Assembly: GCA_007694935.1 (NCBI GenBank)
Contig: REES01000041.1
Span: 440 to 64,439 of the forward strand
DNA: 64,000 nt
DNA from: Rhodospirillales bacterium
GTDB taxonomy: Bacteria; Pseudomonadota; Alphaproteobacteria; Rhodospirillales; Defluviicoccaceae
Reading direction: 5' to 3'
The first letter of the stretch is position 1; the number at the start of each line of letters is the position of its first letter. Below, piece by piece: positions 1-10,280 of this stretch. A program made the position numbers and the translations under genes. Under the pieces are notes generated by a model that saw only the letters and a list, made by a program, of their open reading frames with translations, was not told the DNA's origin and ran no database searches.

Positions 1-299
1 ACGAGACAAGATAGTGAGGCCGGGTCGGGAGTGCAAATGAAAACCGCCGTTCGCGGAGGCCATGGTGCCAATCACTCGATCCGCTCAAAACACCGTCCTT
101 AACGCCCTGATATATATAGGACAAATTTACCACACTGGCGGCGCGAAGAAGGGGCGCCCGGATATCGATTTCGGCGATCGCGGTAGCGCATGGCGACAAA
201 AAGCCCACGGCTTGCATCGCAGTGCGGTAGCGGCCGGGGCCGCGGACGGTACGGCGGGTCGGGCAGAGTGCGGCGGCTCAAGGCCCGGAGACGGCCGGA

Positions 300-1508
300 T
301 CAGATCACCCCGGCGGCACGGAGGCGTTGGATGTCGCCGGCGGTCAGGCCGAGCAGGCCGCCATAGATCGCATCGTTGTCGTGGCCCAGCGGCGGGCCGA
401 GACGATCGATCCGTCCCGGGGTTTCCGACAGCTTGGGCAGCACCGCCGGTACCACCACGCTGCCGAGCTCGGGATCCCGGAGGGACTGCAGATCCTCGCG
501 GGCACGAAAGTGGGGGTCCTGAAAGATGTCGGCGATGGTGTTGAGCGGGCCGGCCGGGACGTCTGCGGCGAGGCACTTCGCCATCACCTCGTCCCGGGTC
601 AGACCCGACGTCCAGTCGGTCACCAGGGCGATGACCGCCTCCCGCGCTGCCAGGCGCCGGTCCTGCCGGCCGAATGCCGCCTCATCGGCGAACTCCGGCC
701 GCTCCATCGCCCGGGCGAGGCGTTCGAACATCTTGTCGGTGGTGCAGGCGATCGCCACCCAGCCGCCGTCGCGGGTGGGGAAGTGGCCGTGGGGGACGGC
801 GTTGACCGTGCCGGCACCTTCCGGCTGCCGCACCGCGCCGGTCCGGGCATAGGCCGGCGCCAGTTCGTCAAGGACCCGGAACACCGCTTCGTAGAGGCCG
901 ATGTCGATGACCTGCCCGGGCCCACCCGCGTTGCGGTGGATCAGTGCCACCAGGATGCCGACGGCACCGAACAGCCCCGAAAGGTAATCGCCGAGGGAGG
1001 TGGAGCCCGGTGTCACCGGCGTCTCTCCCGGCATGCCGGCGAGCCGCGCCAAGCCGCCCACCGCATGGGCAATGCGGGCGAAGCCGGGGCGATCCTTGTA
1101 GGGACCCGTCTGTCCGTAGCCGGTGACGCGCAGCAGGATCAGCTTGGGGTTGATCTCCTTCAAGGTATCCCAGCCGAGCCCCCACCGCTCCAGGGTGCCG
1201 GGCCGGAAGTTCTCGCACACCACGTCTGATACGGCCACCAGCCGCTGGAACAGGGTTGCCCCCTCGGGCGAGCGGAGGTCGAGGGTGATGGAGCGCCGGT
1301 TGCGGGCCTCGCTCAGCCAGGCCAGGGAGCTGTCGTCGCGTTCCGTCGCGGTGCCGAACCGGCGGAACGGGTCGCCGCCCTGCGGCTGCTCCACCTTGAT
1401 CACCTCGGCGCCGAATTCGCTGAGGATGGTGGCCGAAAACGGGGCGGCGATGAAGGTTGCGATATCCAGCACCCGGATGCCGGCGAGCGGGAGGGGTGGT
1501 GCGGTCAT
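300..1508 (-). CDS. Family III (CaiB/BaiF) CoA-transferase
   Basis: 402 aa ORF. N-terminal '[26 protein letters not shown]' and '[15 protein letters not shown]' are typical of class III CoA-transferases. It is about 60 percent identical by eye to the two paralogues at 40583-43325. Confidence 0.85.
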   Translation of the reverse strand: MTAPPLPLAGIRVLDIATFIAAPFSATILSEFGAEVIKVEQPQGGDPFRRFGTATERDDSSLAWLSEARNRRSITLDLRSPEGATLFQRLVAVSDVVCENFRPGTLERWGLGWDTLKEINPKLILLRVTGYGQTGPYKDRPGFARIAHAVGGLARLAGMPGETPVTPGSTSLGDYLSGLFGAVGILVALIHRNAGGPGQVIDIGLYEAVFRVLDELAPAYARTGAVRQPEGAGTVNAVPHGHFPTRDGGWVAIACTTDKMFERLARAMERPEFADEAAFGRQDRRLAAREAVIALVTDWTSGLTRDEVMAKCLAADVPAGPLNTIADIFQDPHFRAREDLQSLRDPELGSVVVPAVLPKLSETPGRIDRLGPPLGHDNDAIYGGLLGLTAGDIQRLRAAGVI

Positions 1509-1517
1509 TGCGTCTCC

Positions 1518-2105
1518 TTACCGATGCAGGATGGCGGCGACGATGGGTTTGTGGCGGCCGAGCCGGAACAGCCATGCGCTTCTGGCCAGCGCCCACAGGT
1601 CGGCCAGGTAGTGCAAAAGCCAGGCGCGGCGGGACAGATCGGCGGGGCGTGGCACCGCTGCGCCATCGGCCGCGATGCCGAGCCGCCGGAACACATAGCG
1701 CGCCCGCGGCATGTGCCAGGCATCGGTAACGAGGAGCAGCCGGCGCCAGCCGCGGCCCCGCATCTCCCGAGCGGTGAACACCGCGTTCTCGAAGGTGTTG
1801 CGGGAGCGATCCTCGACGATGATGAATTCCGCGGCGACTCCCAGGCGGATCGCCAGGTCGTGCATGATCACCGCTTCCGACGGTGGATCGCCGGTGACCC
1901 CACCGGAAACGATCAGGCAGGGAATGCCGCGCGCCTGCATCACCCCGACGGCGTGGGCGACGCGGCGGCGCATGGCCGCGCTGGCCTCGCCGGGTCCGGC
2001 CGGCTTGGCGCCCAGGACCACCACAGCGTCCCAGGTGGGCACGGTTTCGCCTCCCATCCGCAACCGCCGCCCCGGCTCAGTACGAGCGCGGCAGGCCGAG
2101 GACAT
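1518..2105 (-). CDS. YdcF/DUF218 family protein
   Basis: 'VVVLGA...LIVSGG...TFENA...LLVTDAWHMPRA' matches the DUF218 (ElyC/SanA/YdcF) pattern. The start is uncertain: ATG at 2057 avoids overlap with the upstream gene. Confidence 0.65.
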   Translation of the reverse strand: MSSACRARTEPGRRLRMGGETVPTWDAVVVLGAKPAGPGEASAAMRRRVAHAVGVMQARGIPCLIVSGGVTGDPPSEAVIMHDLAIRLGVAAEFIIVEDRSRNTFENAVFTAREMRGRGWRRLLLVTDAWHMPRARYVFRRLGIAADGAAVPRPADLSRRAWLLHYLADLWALARSAWLFRLGRHKPIVAAILHR

Positions 2106-3228
2106 GCTCGGCCAGGTAGGCCAGGATCAGGTTGGTGGAGATCGGCGCCACCTGATACAGCCGGGTCTCCCGGAACTTGCGCTCGACGTCGTATTCCTCG
2201 GCGAATCCGTAGCCGCCGTGGGTCTGCACGCACATGTCGGCCGACTGCCACGACGCGTCCGCCGCCAGCAGCTTGGCCATGTTGGCTTCCGCCCCGCAGG
2301 CCGCGCCGCGGTCGAACAGACCGGCTGCCTTGGCCACCATCAGCGCCGCCGCCTCGGTGGCGGCGAACGCCCGGGCGATGGGGAACTGGATGCCCTGGTT
2401 CTGGCCGATCGGCCGGCCGAACACCACCCGGTCCTTGGCATAGTCGGTGGCCTTGGCGATGAACCATCGGGCATCGCCGATGCATTCGGCGGCAATCAGG
2501 ATGCGCTCGGCATTCATGCCGTCGAGGATATAGCGGAAGCCCTTGCCTTCCTCGCCGATCAGGGTATCGCCCGGGACACGGAGGTCATCGAACCACACCT
2601 CGGTGGTGGCATGGTTCATCATGGTGCGGATCGGGCGGATGGTGAGTGCCGGCGGTTCGGCCTCACGCAGGTCGATCAGGAAGGCGGAGATTCCCTCGTG
2701 CGGCTTCCCCACCTGTTCCCGTGGCGTGGTTCGCGCCAGCAGCAGCATCAGGTCCGAATGCCGGGCGCGGGAGGTCCAGACCTTCTGTCCGCTGATCCGG
2801 TAGCCGTCGCCGTCGCGGATCGCGGTGGTGCGGATCCGGCTGGTATCGGTGCCGCTGCTGGGCTCGGTGACGCCGAACGCCTGGAGCCGGAGTTCGCCCC
2901 GCGCGATCGCCGGGAGATAGTGGTCCTTCTGGGCCGCACTGCCGTGCCGCAGCAGGGTGCCCATGGTGTACATCTGGGCGTGGCAGGCGGCACCGTTGCC
3001 GCCGCTCTTGTGTATCTCCTCCAGAATCGCGGCCGCCGCCGCGATGCCGAGACCGCTGCCGCCCCAGCGTTCCGGGATCAGGGCGGCGAGGTAGCCGGCC
3101 TCGGTGAGCGCCTTCACGAATGCTTCCGGATAGGCGCGCTGCGCGTCCAGCTCCCGCCAGTAGCTCGGCGGAAACGTCTGGCACAGGCTGCGGACGGCGG
3201 TGCGAATGTCGTCGTAGGTTTCCGTCAT
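2077..3228 (-). CDS. Acyl-CoA dehydrogenase
   Basis: 383 aa with full-length ACAD architecture ('GVTEPSSGTD', C-terminal 'GGYGFAEEYDVERKFRETRLYQVAPISTNLI'). Confidence 0.9.
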   Translation of the reverse strand: MTETYDDIRTAVRSLCQTFPPSYWRELDAQRAYPEAFVKALTEAGYLAALIPERWGGSGLGIAAAAAILEEIHKSGGNGAACHAQMYTMGTLLRHGSAAQKDHYLPAIARGELRLQAFGVTEPSSGTDTSRIRTTAIRDGDGYRISGQKVWTSRARHSDLMLLLARTTPREQVGKPHEGISAFLIDLREAEPPALTIRPIRTMMNHATTEVWFDDLRVPGDTLIGEEGKGFRYILDGMNAERILIAAECIGDARWFIAKATDYAKDRVVFGRPIGQNQGIQFPIARAFAATEAAALMVAKAAGLFDRGAACGAEANMAKLLAADASWQSADMCVQTHGGYGFAEEYDVERKFRETRLYQVAPISTNLILAYLAEHVLGLPRSY

Positions 3229-3299
3229 CGTGGTAATCCGCTACAACACATCATCGCGGGGCGGTCCCGGGCCTCACGTGGTTCAGCCAGATAACCGAC

Positions 3300-3995
3300 G
3301 TGGAATCAACCATGGAACAAAAAACCAGCAAACAGGTCATCGAAGAGCTTCTCATGCCGGTGGAGGGCCTGAATATCATCGATGTAGGTTGCGGCGACGG
3401 CGCGCTCGCGCGGATGCTGACCCGGCGCGGCGCCCACGTGACCGGTGTCGAGGTGAGCCCACGCGCCCTTGTCCGGGCCCGGTCGGTGCCGCCGGTGGGC
3501 GACGAGACCTATATCCAGGGTCTGGCCGAGGACCTGCCGAGCAAGTCCCGGTCCGCGGACGTGGTGATCTTCTTCAACAGCTTCCATCACGTCGACGGTG
3601 TCCAGTGGCCGAAGGCGCTCAAGGAAGCGGCTCGGGTGCTGGTCAACGGCGGAATCCTCTACGTTTCCGAGCCGCTGGCCGAGGGGCCCTACTTCGAGTT
3701 GATGAAGCCCGCCCATGACGAGACCGTGGTACGGCGGCGCGCGCTTGAGGCCTTGCGCCATGCTCCCGATGTCGGCTTCGTGCAGGAAAAGGTGGTTTCC
3801 CACCTGGACATCGTGACCTTCCCGGACTTCGAGGCGTTTCACGATCGCATCACCGCCATCAACCCGGAAACCCGCACCGCGTTCATGGAGCATGAGCCGG
3901 AGATCCGGGCGAACTTCGAGCGGCTGGGCCAGCGCAGCGAGGAGGGGTGGAGCTTCCGGCAGCCGACCCGGGTGTTTCTGTTCCGGCGGAGCTGA
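3300..3995 (+). CDS. Class I SAM-dependent methyltransferase
   Basis: Motif I 'IIDVGCGDGALA' and post-I/II spacing typical of Methyltransf_11/25. Alternative ATG at 3312. Confidence 0.75.
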   Translation: MESTMEQKTSKQVIEELLMPVEGLNIIDVGCGDGALARMLTRRGAHVTGVEVSPRALVRARSVPPVGDETYIQGLAEDLPSKSRSADVVIFFNSFHHVDGVQWPKALKEAARVLVNGGILYVSEPLAEGPYFELMKPAHDETVVRRRALEALRHAPDVGFVQEKVVSHLDIVTFPDFEAFHDRITAINPETRTAFMEHEPEIRANFERLGQRSEEGWSFRQPTRVFLFRRS

Positions 3996-4023
3996 GCGGC
4001 CGAAGCGGGGAGCGGCAGCGGCT

Positions 4024-4989
4024 TCAGCCCCATAGCGTCGCTGAAGCCGGGTGGATCATGCCGGCCGCGAAGCCGAGGCCGGGGTCGCGGTCCCGGCGCA
4101 GCCAGAGCGGGCCGTCCAGGTCCACCCACCGCGCCCGCCCGGCGATCAGCAGCGCCGGCGCGATGGCCAGGGACGTGCAGACCATGCAGCCGACCATGAC
4201 CGCGAAGCCGGCGCGCTCGGCGGCATCCATCAGCGCGAGAGCGGCGGTGAGGCCGCCAGCTTTGTCCAGCTTCACGTTGACTGCTTGGTAGCGGCCGGCC
4301 AGGCGCGGCAGGTCAGCCGCGGTGTGACACGATTCGTCGGCCGCCAGGGGGATCGCCGGTTCCATCCCGTCGAGCGCGGCATCGTCGATTGCCGGCAGCG
4401 GCTGTTCGATCAGCTCGACGCCAAGTTCGGCCAGGCTGGGCAGGACTTCGGCCAGCAGCGCGCGGGACCACGCTTCGTTGGCGTCAACGATGAGCCGGGC
4501 CGCCGGCGCCGCGCGGCGCACCGCCGCCATCCGGTCCACCACCGCGTGCGCGTCCAGCTTGACCTTCAACAGCGGCTCACCGGCCAGGGAGGCCGCCGCC
4601 GCCGCCATTGCCTCGGGCGTGTCAATGCCGATGGTGACGGCGGTGGCCACCGGGCGCGGGGGCGGCAAGCCTGCGCGTTGCCACGCCGGAACACCGGTTC
4701 GCTTAGCTTCCAGATCCCAGAGGGCGCCGTCGACCGCGTTGCGGGCCGCGCCCGCCGGCATCTGCCGCAGCAGGCCATGACGGTCGAGACCGGCCGCGAC
4801 CGTATCCGCCACCGTTTCCACCTGCCGGAGGACGCTCTCCGGCGTTTCGCCATAGCGCGGGTAGGGGACGCACTCGCCGCGGCCGGTGACGCCGGCCTCG
4901 GTGATCGCCACCACCACCACCTCGGCCGCCGTCTTGGTGCCGCGGGCAATGGCGAACGGCCGGCTGAGCGGCCACGATTCGTGCCGCAC
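4024..4989 (-). CDS. Enolase-superfamily dipeptide epimerase / N-acetyl-D-Glu racemase (DgcA-like)
   Basis: 'ARGTKTAAEVVVVAITEAGVTGRGECVPYPRYGE', 'KVKLD', 'DANEAW', 'EQPL', 'ADES' are the muconate-cycloisomerase/AE-epimerase motifs. The long track ORF (to 5205) overlaps the upstream gene, so I place the start at GTG 4989. Confidence 0.75.
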   Translation of the reverse strand: MRHESWPLSRPFAIARGTKTAAEVVVVAITEAGVTGRGECVPYPRYGETPESVLRQVETVADTVAAGLDRHGLLRQMPAGAARNAVDGALWDLEAKRTGVPAWQRAGLPPPRPVATAVTIGIDTPEAMAAAAASLAGEPLLKVKLDAHAVVDRMAAVRRAAPAARLIVDANEAWSRALLAEVLPSLAELGVELIEQPLPAIDDAALDGMEPAIPLAADESCHTAADLPRLAGRYQAVNVKLDKAGGLTAALALMDAAERAGFAVMVGCMVCTSLAIAPALLIAGRARWVDLDGPLWLRRDRDPGLGFAAGMIHPASATLWG

Positions 4990-5006
4990 CGTGACGCGGC
5001 GGCCCC

Positions 5007-6017
5007 TCACCGATCGATTCGGTCCACCAGCGGTGCAACCCCGGTGCGGACCGGGTCGACGCAGGGGAGGCCCAGTTCGGCTGCGGTGTCCCGGAGGTAG
5101 CGTTCGGCCGCATCCGCCGCCAAAGCCCGCGTGTTGACGGCAACGCCGATGCAGCGGACGGCCGGGCTGGTCAGTTTGGCGGCTTCCAGGTTGGCCGCGA
5201 TGCATTCCGCCAGTCCCGGCAGCCCGCGGTTGGGCAGGCCGCGCATGTGGGTCCGGGTCGGCTCATGGCACATCACCAGGACGTCCGGCTGAGCGCCGTG
5301 CAGAAGCCCCAGGCTGACCCCCGCGAACGATGGGTGGAACAGCGACCCCTGGCCCTCGATGACGTCCCAGTGCTCGGGATCGCTGGCCGGCGACAGCCAC
5401 TCGGTGGCACCCGAGATGAAATCCGCCACCACGGCGTCCACCGAAACGCCGTCACCGGCGATGAAGATGCCGGTCTGGCCGGTGGCCCGGAACGTCGCGT
5501 CGAGACCGCGGCGCTGCATCTCCTCGACCAGCGCCAGCGAGGCATACATCTTGCCCACCGAGCAGTCGGTGCCGACGGTGAGCAGCCGCCGGCCGCTCCG
5601 GGGCTCGCCGGTGCCGACGCCGAAGCTGCGGGTGGGATGGCGAACGTCGATCAGCCGCCGGCCGGTGGCGGCTGCCGCTTCACGGAGCGCAGGTATCGCG
5701 TCCAGGCGGTCATGCAGCCCACTGGCAACATCGAGACCGGCGCGCAGCGCTTCTGTGAGGGAGGTGACCCACGACTCGGGAATCACCCCGCCGGCGTTGG
5801 CGACACCGACGATGAGGGTGCGGCCGCCGGCCGCGGCCGCTTCCGCCACGTTCATCCCGGGAAGGTCGAGTTCGGCGCCGCAGTCCGGCCAAACCACTTG
5901 GCCGAGACACCACTCCCGCCGCCAATGCAGGATCCCGGCCGCCGTCTTGGCGGCGAGCGCATCCCGCGCGTCACCGACAAACAGCAGGTATGGTGGCTGG
6001 ATGGTGGTGGCGGACAT
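5007..6017 (-). CDS. DUF1611 family protein (DgcN-like N-acetyltransferase)
   Basis: 336 aa. 'PYLLFVGDA...AKTAAGI..WR' at the N-terminus and 'VGTDCSVGKMY' P-loop-like segment are typical of DUF1611. It sits immediately upstream of the epimerase, as in dgcN-dgcA pairs. Confidence 0.7.
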   Translation of the reverse strand: MSATTIQPPYLLFVGDARDALAAKTAAGILHWRREWCLGQVVWPDCGAELDLPGMNVAEAAAAGGRTLIVGVANAGGVIPESWVTSLTEALRAGLDVASGLHDRLDAIPALREAAAATGRRLIDVRHPTRSFGVGTGEPRSGRRLLTVGTDCSVGKMYASLALVEEMQRRGLDATFRATGQTGIFIAGDGVSVDAVVADFISGATEWLSPASDPEHWDVIEGQGSLFHPSFAGVSLGLLHGAQPDVLVMCHEPTRTHMRGLPNRGLPGLAECIAANLEAAKLTSPAVRCIGVAVNTRALAADAAERYLRDTAAELGLPCVDPVRTGVAPLVDRIDR

Positions 6018-6062
6018 CGGCGCTCCCTTTCCACGCCCGAACCGGGCCAGGATGCTGCGGGA

Positions 6063-7367
6063 TCATGATGCCAACGGCCCGCCCTCGCAATCCCCCGTGG
6101 GCTGCTCGGTGCGGCGCAGCCGGCAGGCGTAGAAACCGTCCATTCCGCCATGATCCGCAAGGAAGCAGGGCAGGGTGCGGAACGTCCCGTCGCCGGTCAC
6201 CGCTTCCGGCAGTCCTGGGATCTCGGCCGGGCTGATCGGGTCCGGAACCAGGTTCGGCAGCTGGCCTCGCTGTGCCGCGACCAAGGCCCGACCTTCCTCC
6301 GGTTGCAGCGAGCATGCGGAGTAGACCACGATCCCGCCCGGCCGCACCATGGAGGCCGCTGCCGCCAGCAGGCGCGCCTGCACGGGGGCGAGTGCGGCAA
6401 CGTCAGCGGGCTGCTTGATGCGGGCGACATCGGGGTGGCGGCGGATGGTGCCGGTGGCGCTGCACGGAACGTCCACCAGGACCGCGTCGGCCAGGGTCGC
6501 GGGCCGCCACGCCTCGGCTTCGGCGACAACAGTTTCGACGCTCAGGTGCAGCCGGGACAGGTTGTCCCGCACCAGGGCCATCCGTGCCGCCGACCGGTCC
6601 ACCGCGATGACCCGGGCGCCGGCGGCGGCGAGCTGTGCGGTCTTGCCACCGGGGGCGGCGCACAGGTCGATCACCTGCCGGCCGCGCACGTCGCCCAGCA
6701 GGCGCACTGGCAGGGCGGCGGCGACATCCTGCACCCACCAAACACCGGCCGCAAACCCTTCGGTCTCGGGGACTGCACCATGGTGGTGCAGGCGGACGGA
6801 CCCGGTCGGCAGCACCATGCCGCCAACCGCGGCTGCGACCACCGACGGATCCCCTTTGGCGCTCAGGTCGAGGGGCGGTTCCTCAAGGTGCGTTTCGGCA
6901 ATGCGCCGGCAGGCAACCGGGCCGTATGCCGCCTCCCACGCGTGCCACAGCCAATCGGGTGTATTGAGGCGGGGCGCATCGAAGCCGGCGGTCAGGGCCG
7001 GGCCGTCCCGGTGGATCCGTCTCAGCACCGCATTGATCAGCGCCAAGTGCCGGCCGAGCCGCCAGCGACGGGCAAGGTTCACGGTGGTGTCCACCGCCGC
7101 GTGGGCCGGGGTGCCCAGAAACAGCAGTTGCGCAACGCCGAGCCGCAGCAGGGTCATCACCTGCCGGTCGCGCTCGGGCAGCGGCCGATGCAGGACAAGG
7201 CGAACCAGTGCCTCGATTTCGCCCAGTCGGCGCAGGGTCTTGGCCACCAGGGCATAAGCGAAGGCCCGGTCGCGGGGCTCGAGCACCCCGTGGTCCGGAT
7301 GACTCGCCAGGGCGGCCTCGAACGGGTGACGGCGATGCAGCACCGCCTCCAGCGTCTCGGCGGCCAC
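6063..7367 (-). CDS. rsmB: 16S rRNA (cytosine-C5)-methyltransferase RsmB/Sun family
   Basis: NusB-like N-terminal domain followed by NOL1/NOP2/Sun catalytic motifs ('DLCAAPGGKT', 'VLVDVPCSATGTIRRHPD', 'VYSACSL'). GTG start. Confidence 0.85.
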   Translation of the reverse strand: MAAETLEAVLHRRHPFEAALASHPDHGVLEPRDRAFAYALVAKTLRRLGEIEALVRLVLHRPLPERDRQVMTLLRLGVAQLLFLGTPAHAAVDTTVNLARRWRLGRHLALINAVLRRIHRDGPALTAGFDAPRLNTPDWLWHAWEAAYGPVACRRIAETHLEEPPLDLSAKGDPSVVAAAVGGMVLPTGSVRLHHHGAVPETEGFAAGVWWVQDVAAALPVRLLGDVRGRQVIDLCAAPGGKTAQLAAAGARVIAVDRSAARMALVRDNLSRLHLSVETVVAEAEAWRPATLADAVLVDVPCSATGTIRRHPDVARIKQPADVAALAPVQARLLAAAASMVRPGGIVVYSACSLQPEEGRALVAAQRGQLPNLVPDPISPAEIPGLPEAVTGDGTFRTLPCFLADHGGMDGFYACRLRRTEQPTGDCEGGPLAS

Positions 7368-7437
7368 CGCGCGGGCATCCGGACGGCTGCCAAGCGGTGC
7401 GCGCCGTGACGGCCGGGAGCGGGCCTGGCTCAGCGCA

Positions 7438-8307
7438 TCAACCCCACGGCCGACCCTGGGCGCGGCCGGCGGCGACGGAAAGCTCCCGCAGCCGGCGAAC
7501 CCGATTGGCGGTTGCCGGGTGGGTGGAGAACAGGCTGTCCACCGAATGGGCGTGAAGCGGGTTGATGATGAACATGTGGGCGGTGGCCGGATTGCGCTCC
7601 GCCGCGGTGTTGTCGGTGCGCCTGGCCGCGGCGTCGATCTTCTCCAGGGCGGAAGCCAGCCATTCGGGGCGGCCGCAGATCTCCGCCCCGCCCTTGTCAG
7701 CAGCGTATTCCCGGGTGCGCGAGATCGCCATCTGCACCAGCATGGCGGCGAGCGGGGCCAGGATCATCACCAGGATGGTGCCGATCAGGCCGAACGGGCT
7801 GTTGCGGTTGCCGCCGAAGAACAGTGCGAAGTTGGCCAGCATGCCCAGCGCGCCGGCGATGGTGGCGGTGACCGTCATGGTCAGGGTGTCACGGTTCTTC
7901 ACGTGCGCGAGCTCATGCGCCATCACCCCCGCCACCTCTTCCTGGCTCAGGCTCTTGAGCAGGCCGGTGGTGGCCGCCACCGCCGCATTCTGCGGGTTGC
8001 GGCCGGTGGCGAACGCATTGGGCTGCGGGTTGTCGATAATGAAGACCTTGGGCATCGGCATGCCGGCGCGATGCGCCAGTTGTTCCACCAGGCCGTGGAA
8101 CTGCGGCGCGGAACGGGCATCCACCTGCCGCGCGCCGTACATCCGCAATACCACCTTGTCGGCGTTCCAGTACGCGAACAGGTTGGTCGCAACGGCGATG
8201 CCGAGTGCGATCACCATGCCGGCCTCGCCGCCGAGCAGAAAGCCGCAGACCAGGAACAGGGCTGTGAGCGCCGCCAGCAGCATCCCGGTACGAAAGGTGT
8301 TCATCAT
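7438..8307 (-). CDS. htpX: Zinc metalloprotease HtpX (M48)
   Basis: 289 aa with TM helices and the '[10 protein letters not shown]' zinc motif. The full-length layout is HtpX-like. Confidence 0.9.
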   Translation of the reverse strand: MMNTFRTGMLLAALTALFLVCGFLLGGEAGMVIALGIAVATNLFAYWNADKVVLRMYGARQVDARSAPQFHGLVEQLAHRAGMPMPKVFIIDNPQPNAFATGRNPQNAAVAATTGLLKSLSQEEVAGVMAHELAHVKNRDTLTMTVTATIAGALGMLANFALFFGGNRNSPFGLIGTILVMILAPLAAMLVQMAISRTREYAADKGGAEICGRPEWLASALEKIDAAARRTDNTAAERNPATAHMFIINPLHAHSVDSLFSTHPATANRVRRLRELSVAAGRAQGRPWG

Positions 8308-8455
8308 TGTGGTGCGTCAATCCTCCGATCTGATGGCGGACCCTTGGCATCAGGCCCTAAAATACCAGGATTCTAGTAGGCTCGGCAGGGCACCGCCGCA
8401 AGGGCTTCCCGGGTGTCATGCCACCGCGATCGAGCAACCGCCGAGGAGATATTCC

Positions 8456-8683
8456 GTGTCCGAAACCAACCGACCCGTAAACCCTGCCGCTCAAAAGCCC
8501 ACATCGCTCGAGGAACCGAAGCCGGACCAGGCCGCGGTGCCGGAGTCGTCCCCGAATGGGCGGGCGGAACCGGAACGGTCCACATCGGCTGCCGATGCGG
8601 TGCAGGAGATCGGCGGCCCCGACGGCCCCGAACCCACCCGCTTCGGCGACTGGGAGCGCAAGGGCCGCTGCATCGACTTCTGA
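8456..8683 (+). CDS. DUF1674 (SDHAF4-like) small protein
   Basis: C-terminal 'PTRFGDWERKGRCIDF' is the DUF1674 signature. GTG 8456 is preceded by GGAG. This is the in-frame tail of the long artefactual ORF 7562-8683. Confidence 0.6.
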   Translation: MSETNRPVNPAAQKPTSLEEPKPDQAAVPESSPNGRAEPERSTSAADAVQEIGGPDGPEPTRFGDWERKGRCIDF

Positions 8684-8762
8684 ACCGTAGGTGAGGGCGG
8701 AGCACGCTCGTTCCTGTTTGTATCCTTTCCGTCCGTCGGCCGTGAGCGCTATACCGTCCGAC

Positions 8763-9428
8763 ATGGTCGACTATCGGCAGGAAGCGGCTGGTGGCGGGAT
8801 CGTCGCCGGGATCGACGAGGCCGGGCGGGGCCCCTGGGCCGGACCGGTGGTGGCCGCGGCGGTGGTCATCCGGCCGGAATGTCTGGATCAGGCCTTGGCG
8901 CTGGGAGTCGATGATTCAAAGCTGCTGAGCGCCGATGTGCGCGCATCGCTGTTCCGGCTGCTCCCGGAGTGTGCGGTGATCGGTGTCGGCTTGGCCGACG
9001 TGGCCGAGATCGATTCGCTCAACATCCTGCAGGCGACCTTTGCCGCCATGGCCCGGGCGGTCGAGGCCCTCGCGGTTCGTCCCGACCGGGTACTGGTGGA
9101 CGGATCCATGGCACCGCCTCTGTCCTGCGCGGCCACATGCGTCGTCGGCGGTGACCGGCTGAGCCTGTCGATTGCGGCGGCTTCCATCGTTGCCAAGGTT
9201 ACCCGGGACCGGATCATGCGGGATCTGGCCGTCGACTTTCCCGGCTACGGCTGGGAGCGCAACGCCGGCTACGGGACGCCGGCGCACCGGGATGCCCTGG
9301 CGCGCCTGGGTGTCACCCCGCATCACCGGCGGAGCTTCCAACCGGTGCGCAGTCTCCTGCAACAGCCGCCGGGTCGGCTCCTTGACCAGGCAGCACCGCC
9401 CGTTCGGGGTCCGTCAGCCGCCACCTGA
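8763..9428 (+). CDS. rnhB: Ribonuclease HII
   Basis: 'VAGIDEAGRGPWAGPVVAAAV', 'DSKLL' and 'ASIVAKVTRD' are RNase HII motifs. ATG 8763 gives the usual N-terminus. Confidence 0.9.
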   Translation: MVDYRQEAAGGGIVAGIDEAGRGPWAGPVVAAAVVIRPECLDQALALGVDDSKLLSADVRASLFRLLPECAVIGVGLADVAEIDSLNILQATFAAMARAVEALAVRPDRVLVDGSMAPPLSCAATCVVGGDRLSLSIAAASIVAKVTRDRIMRDLAVDFPGYGWERNAGYGTPAHRDALARLGVTPHHRRSFQPVRSLLQQPPGRLLDQAAPPVRGPSAAT

Positions 9429-9460
9429 CCGAATCGCCGTTGGGTGCGACCGGCGCACGG

Positions 9461-10273
9461 TCATTCGGCAGCCTGCCTCAGGTCGGTGACCAAGCGGTGC
9501 GCTGCTGCCACCCCTGCCGCCACCTCGGCTTGGCAGTGGCGGGCCAGCGCCTTGCGGTCGTCGAACGCCTCCGCCCGGATTGGCGGATGGAACCGCACGT
9601 CCACCTCGGCGCCGGCCTGACCCAGCATTCGGATCAAGTGCGGCGCCAAGGTCATCTCGCCATACCAGCAATAGAGCGCCCGGCGCGGCCCGGTCAGTGG
9701 CACCCCGGCCCGGTCACGGGTATAGGCCAGTGAGACCGGCTGTACCGTCACGCTGGGGCCGTTGCCGGTGCCGCGGGCGCTGGCGATGTCCATGAGAGAC
9801 GATTTGAACGGCGCCACCCCGCTGCCGTCGGTGCTGGTCCCTTCGGGAAACAGCAGCAGGTTGCCGCCGGCCGACAGGTGCCGCCGAATCGCCTCCCGCT
9901 GGACGCGGGCCAGGGCCGGCTGGCGGGATACGAAGACGGTTCCGGTGAGGCGGGCGATGATGCCGAACAGCGGCCAATTCGCCACTTCGCTCTTGGCGAC
10001 GAACACCGCCTCGAGGCGGCGCGAGAGCACGGCGATATCCAGATACGAGACATGGTTTGCAACCCAAAGGGTTGGGCCGGAGGGGTTCGGTGCACCGATG
10101 TAGCGTACCCGAAGTCCGGCGAGCGCCTGCATGATCCGGCACCACAGCACCTGGATCGGCCGCCGAAAGCGCCGGGCGGGTCCGAGGCAGAGTGTGTAGG
10201 CGGCGATCAGCACCGCGTTGGCGATCAGGAACAGCGGCAGGCGGATGGAGACCCGGAGGGCGGCAACCAGCAT
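9461..10273 (-). CDS. olsA: Lysophospholipid/lyso-ornithine-lipid O-acyltransferase (PlsC family, OlsA-like)
   Basis: Acyltransferase motifs 'NHVSYLDI' and 'FPEGTS'. It lies directly downstream of the olsB-like gene. Confidence 0.7.
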   Translation of the reverse strand: MLVAALRVSIRLPLFLIANAVLIAAYTLCLGPARRFRRPIQVLWCRIMQALAGLRVRYIGAPNPSGPTLWVANHVSYLDIAVLSRRLEAVFVAKSEVANWPLFGIIARLTGTVFVSRQPALARVQREAIRRHLSAGGNLLLFPEGTSTDGSGVAPFKSSLMDIASARGTGNGPSVTVQPVSLAYTRDRAGVPLTGPRRALYCWYGEMTLAPHLIRMLGQAGAEVDVRFHPPIRAEAFDDRKALARHCQAEVAAGVAAAHRLVTDLRQAAE

Positions 10274-10280
10274 GGCCGGC

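Noticed and set aside
1711-3294. 527-aa plus-strand ORF
   Set aside because: It is fully antisense to the well-supported acyl-CoA dehydrogenase and DUF218 genes. Its composition is dominated by R/A/G/P, with no recognisable motifs.
4990-5205. N-terminal 72 aa of the track ORF 4024-5205
   Set aside because: It overlaps the 3' end of the DUF1611 gene, has an Arg/Gly/Pro-rich composition, and homology to epimerases begins only at 'VRHESWPL'. I moved the start to GTG 4989.
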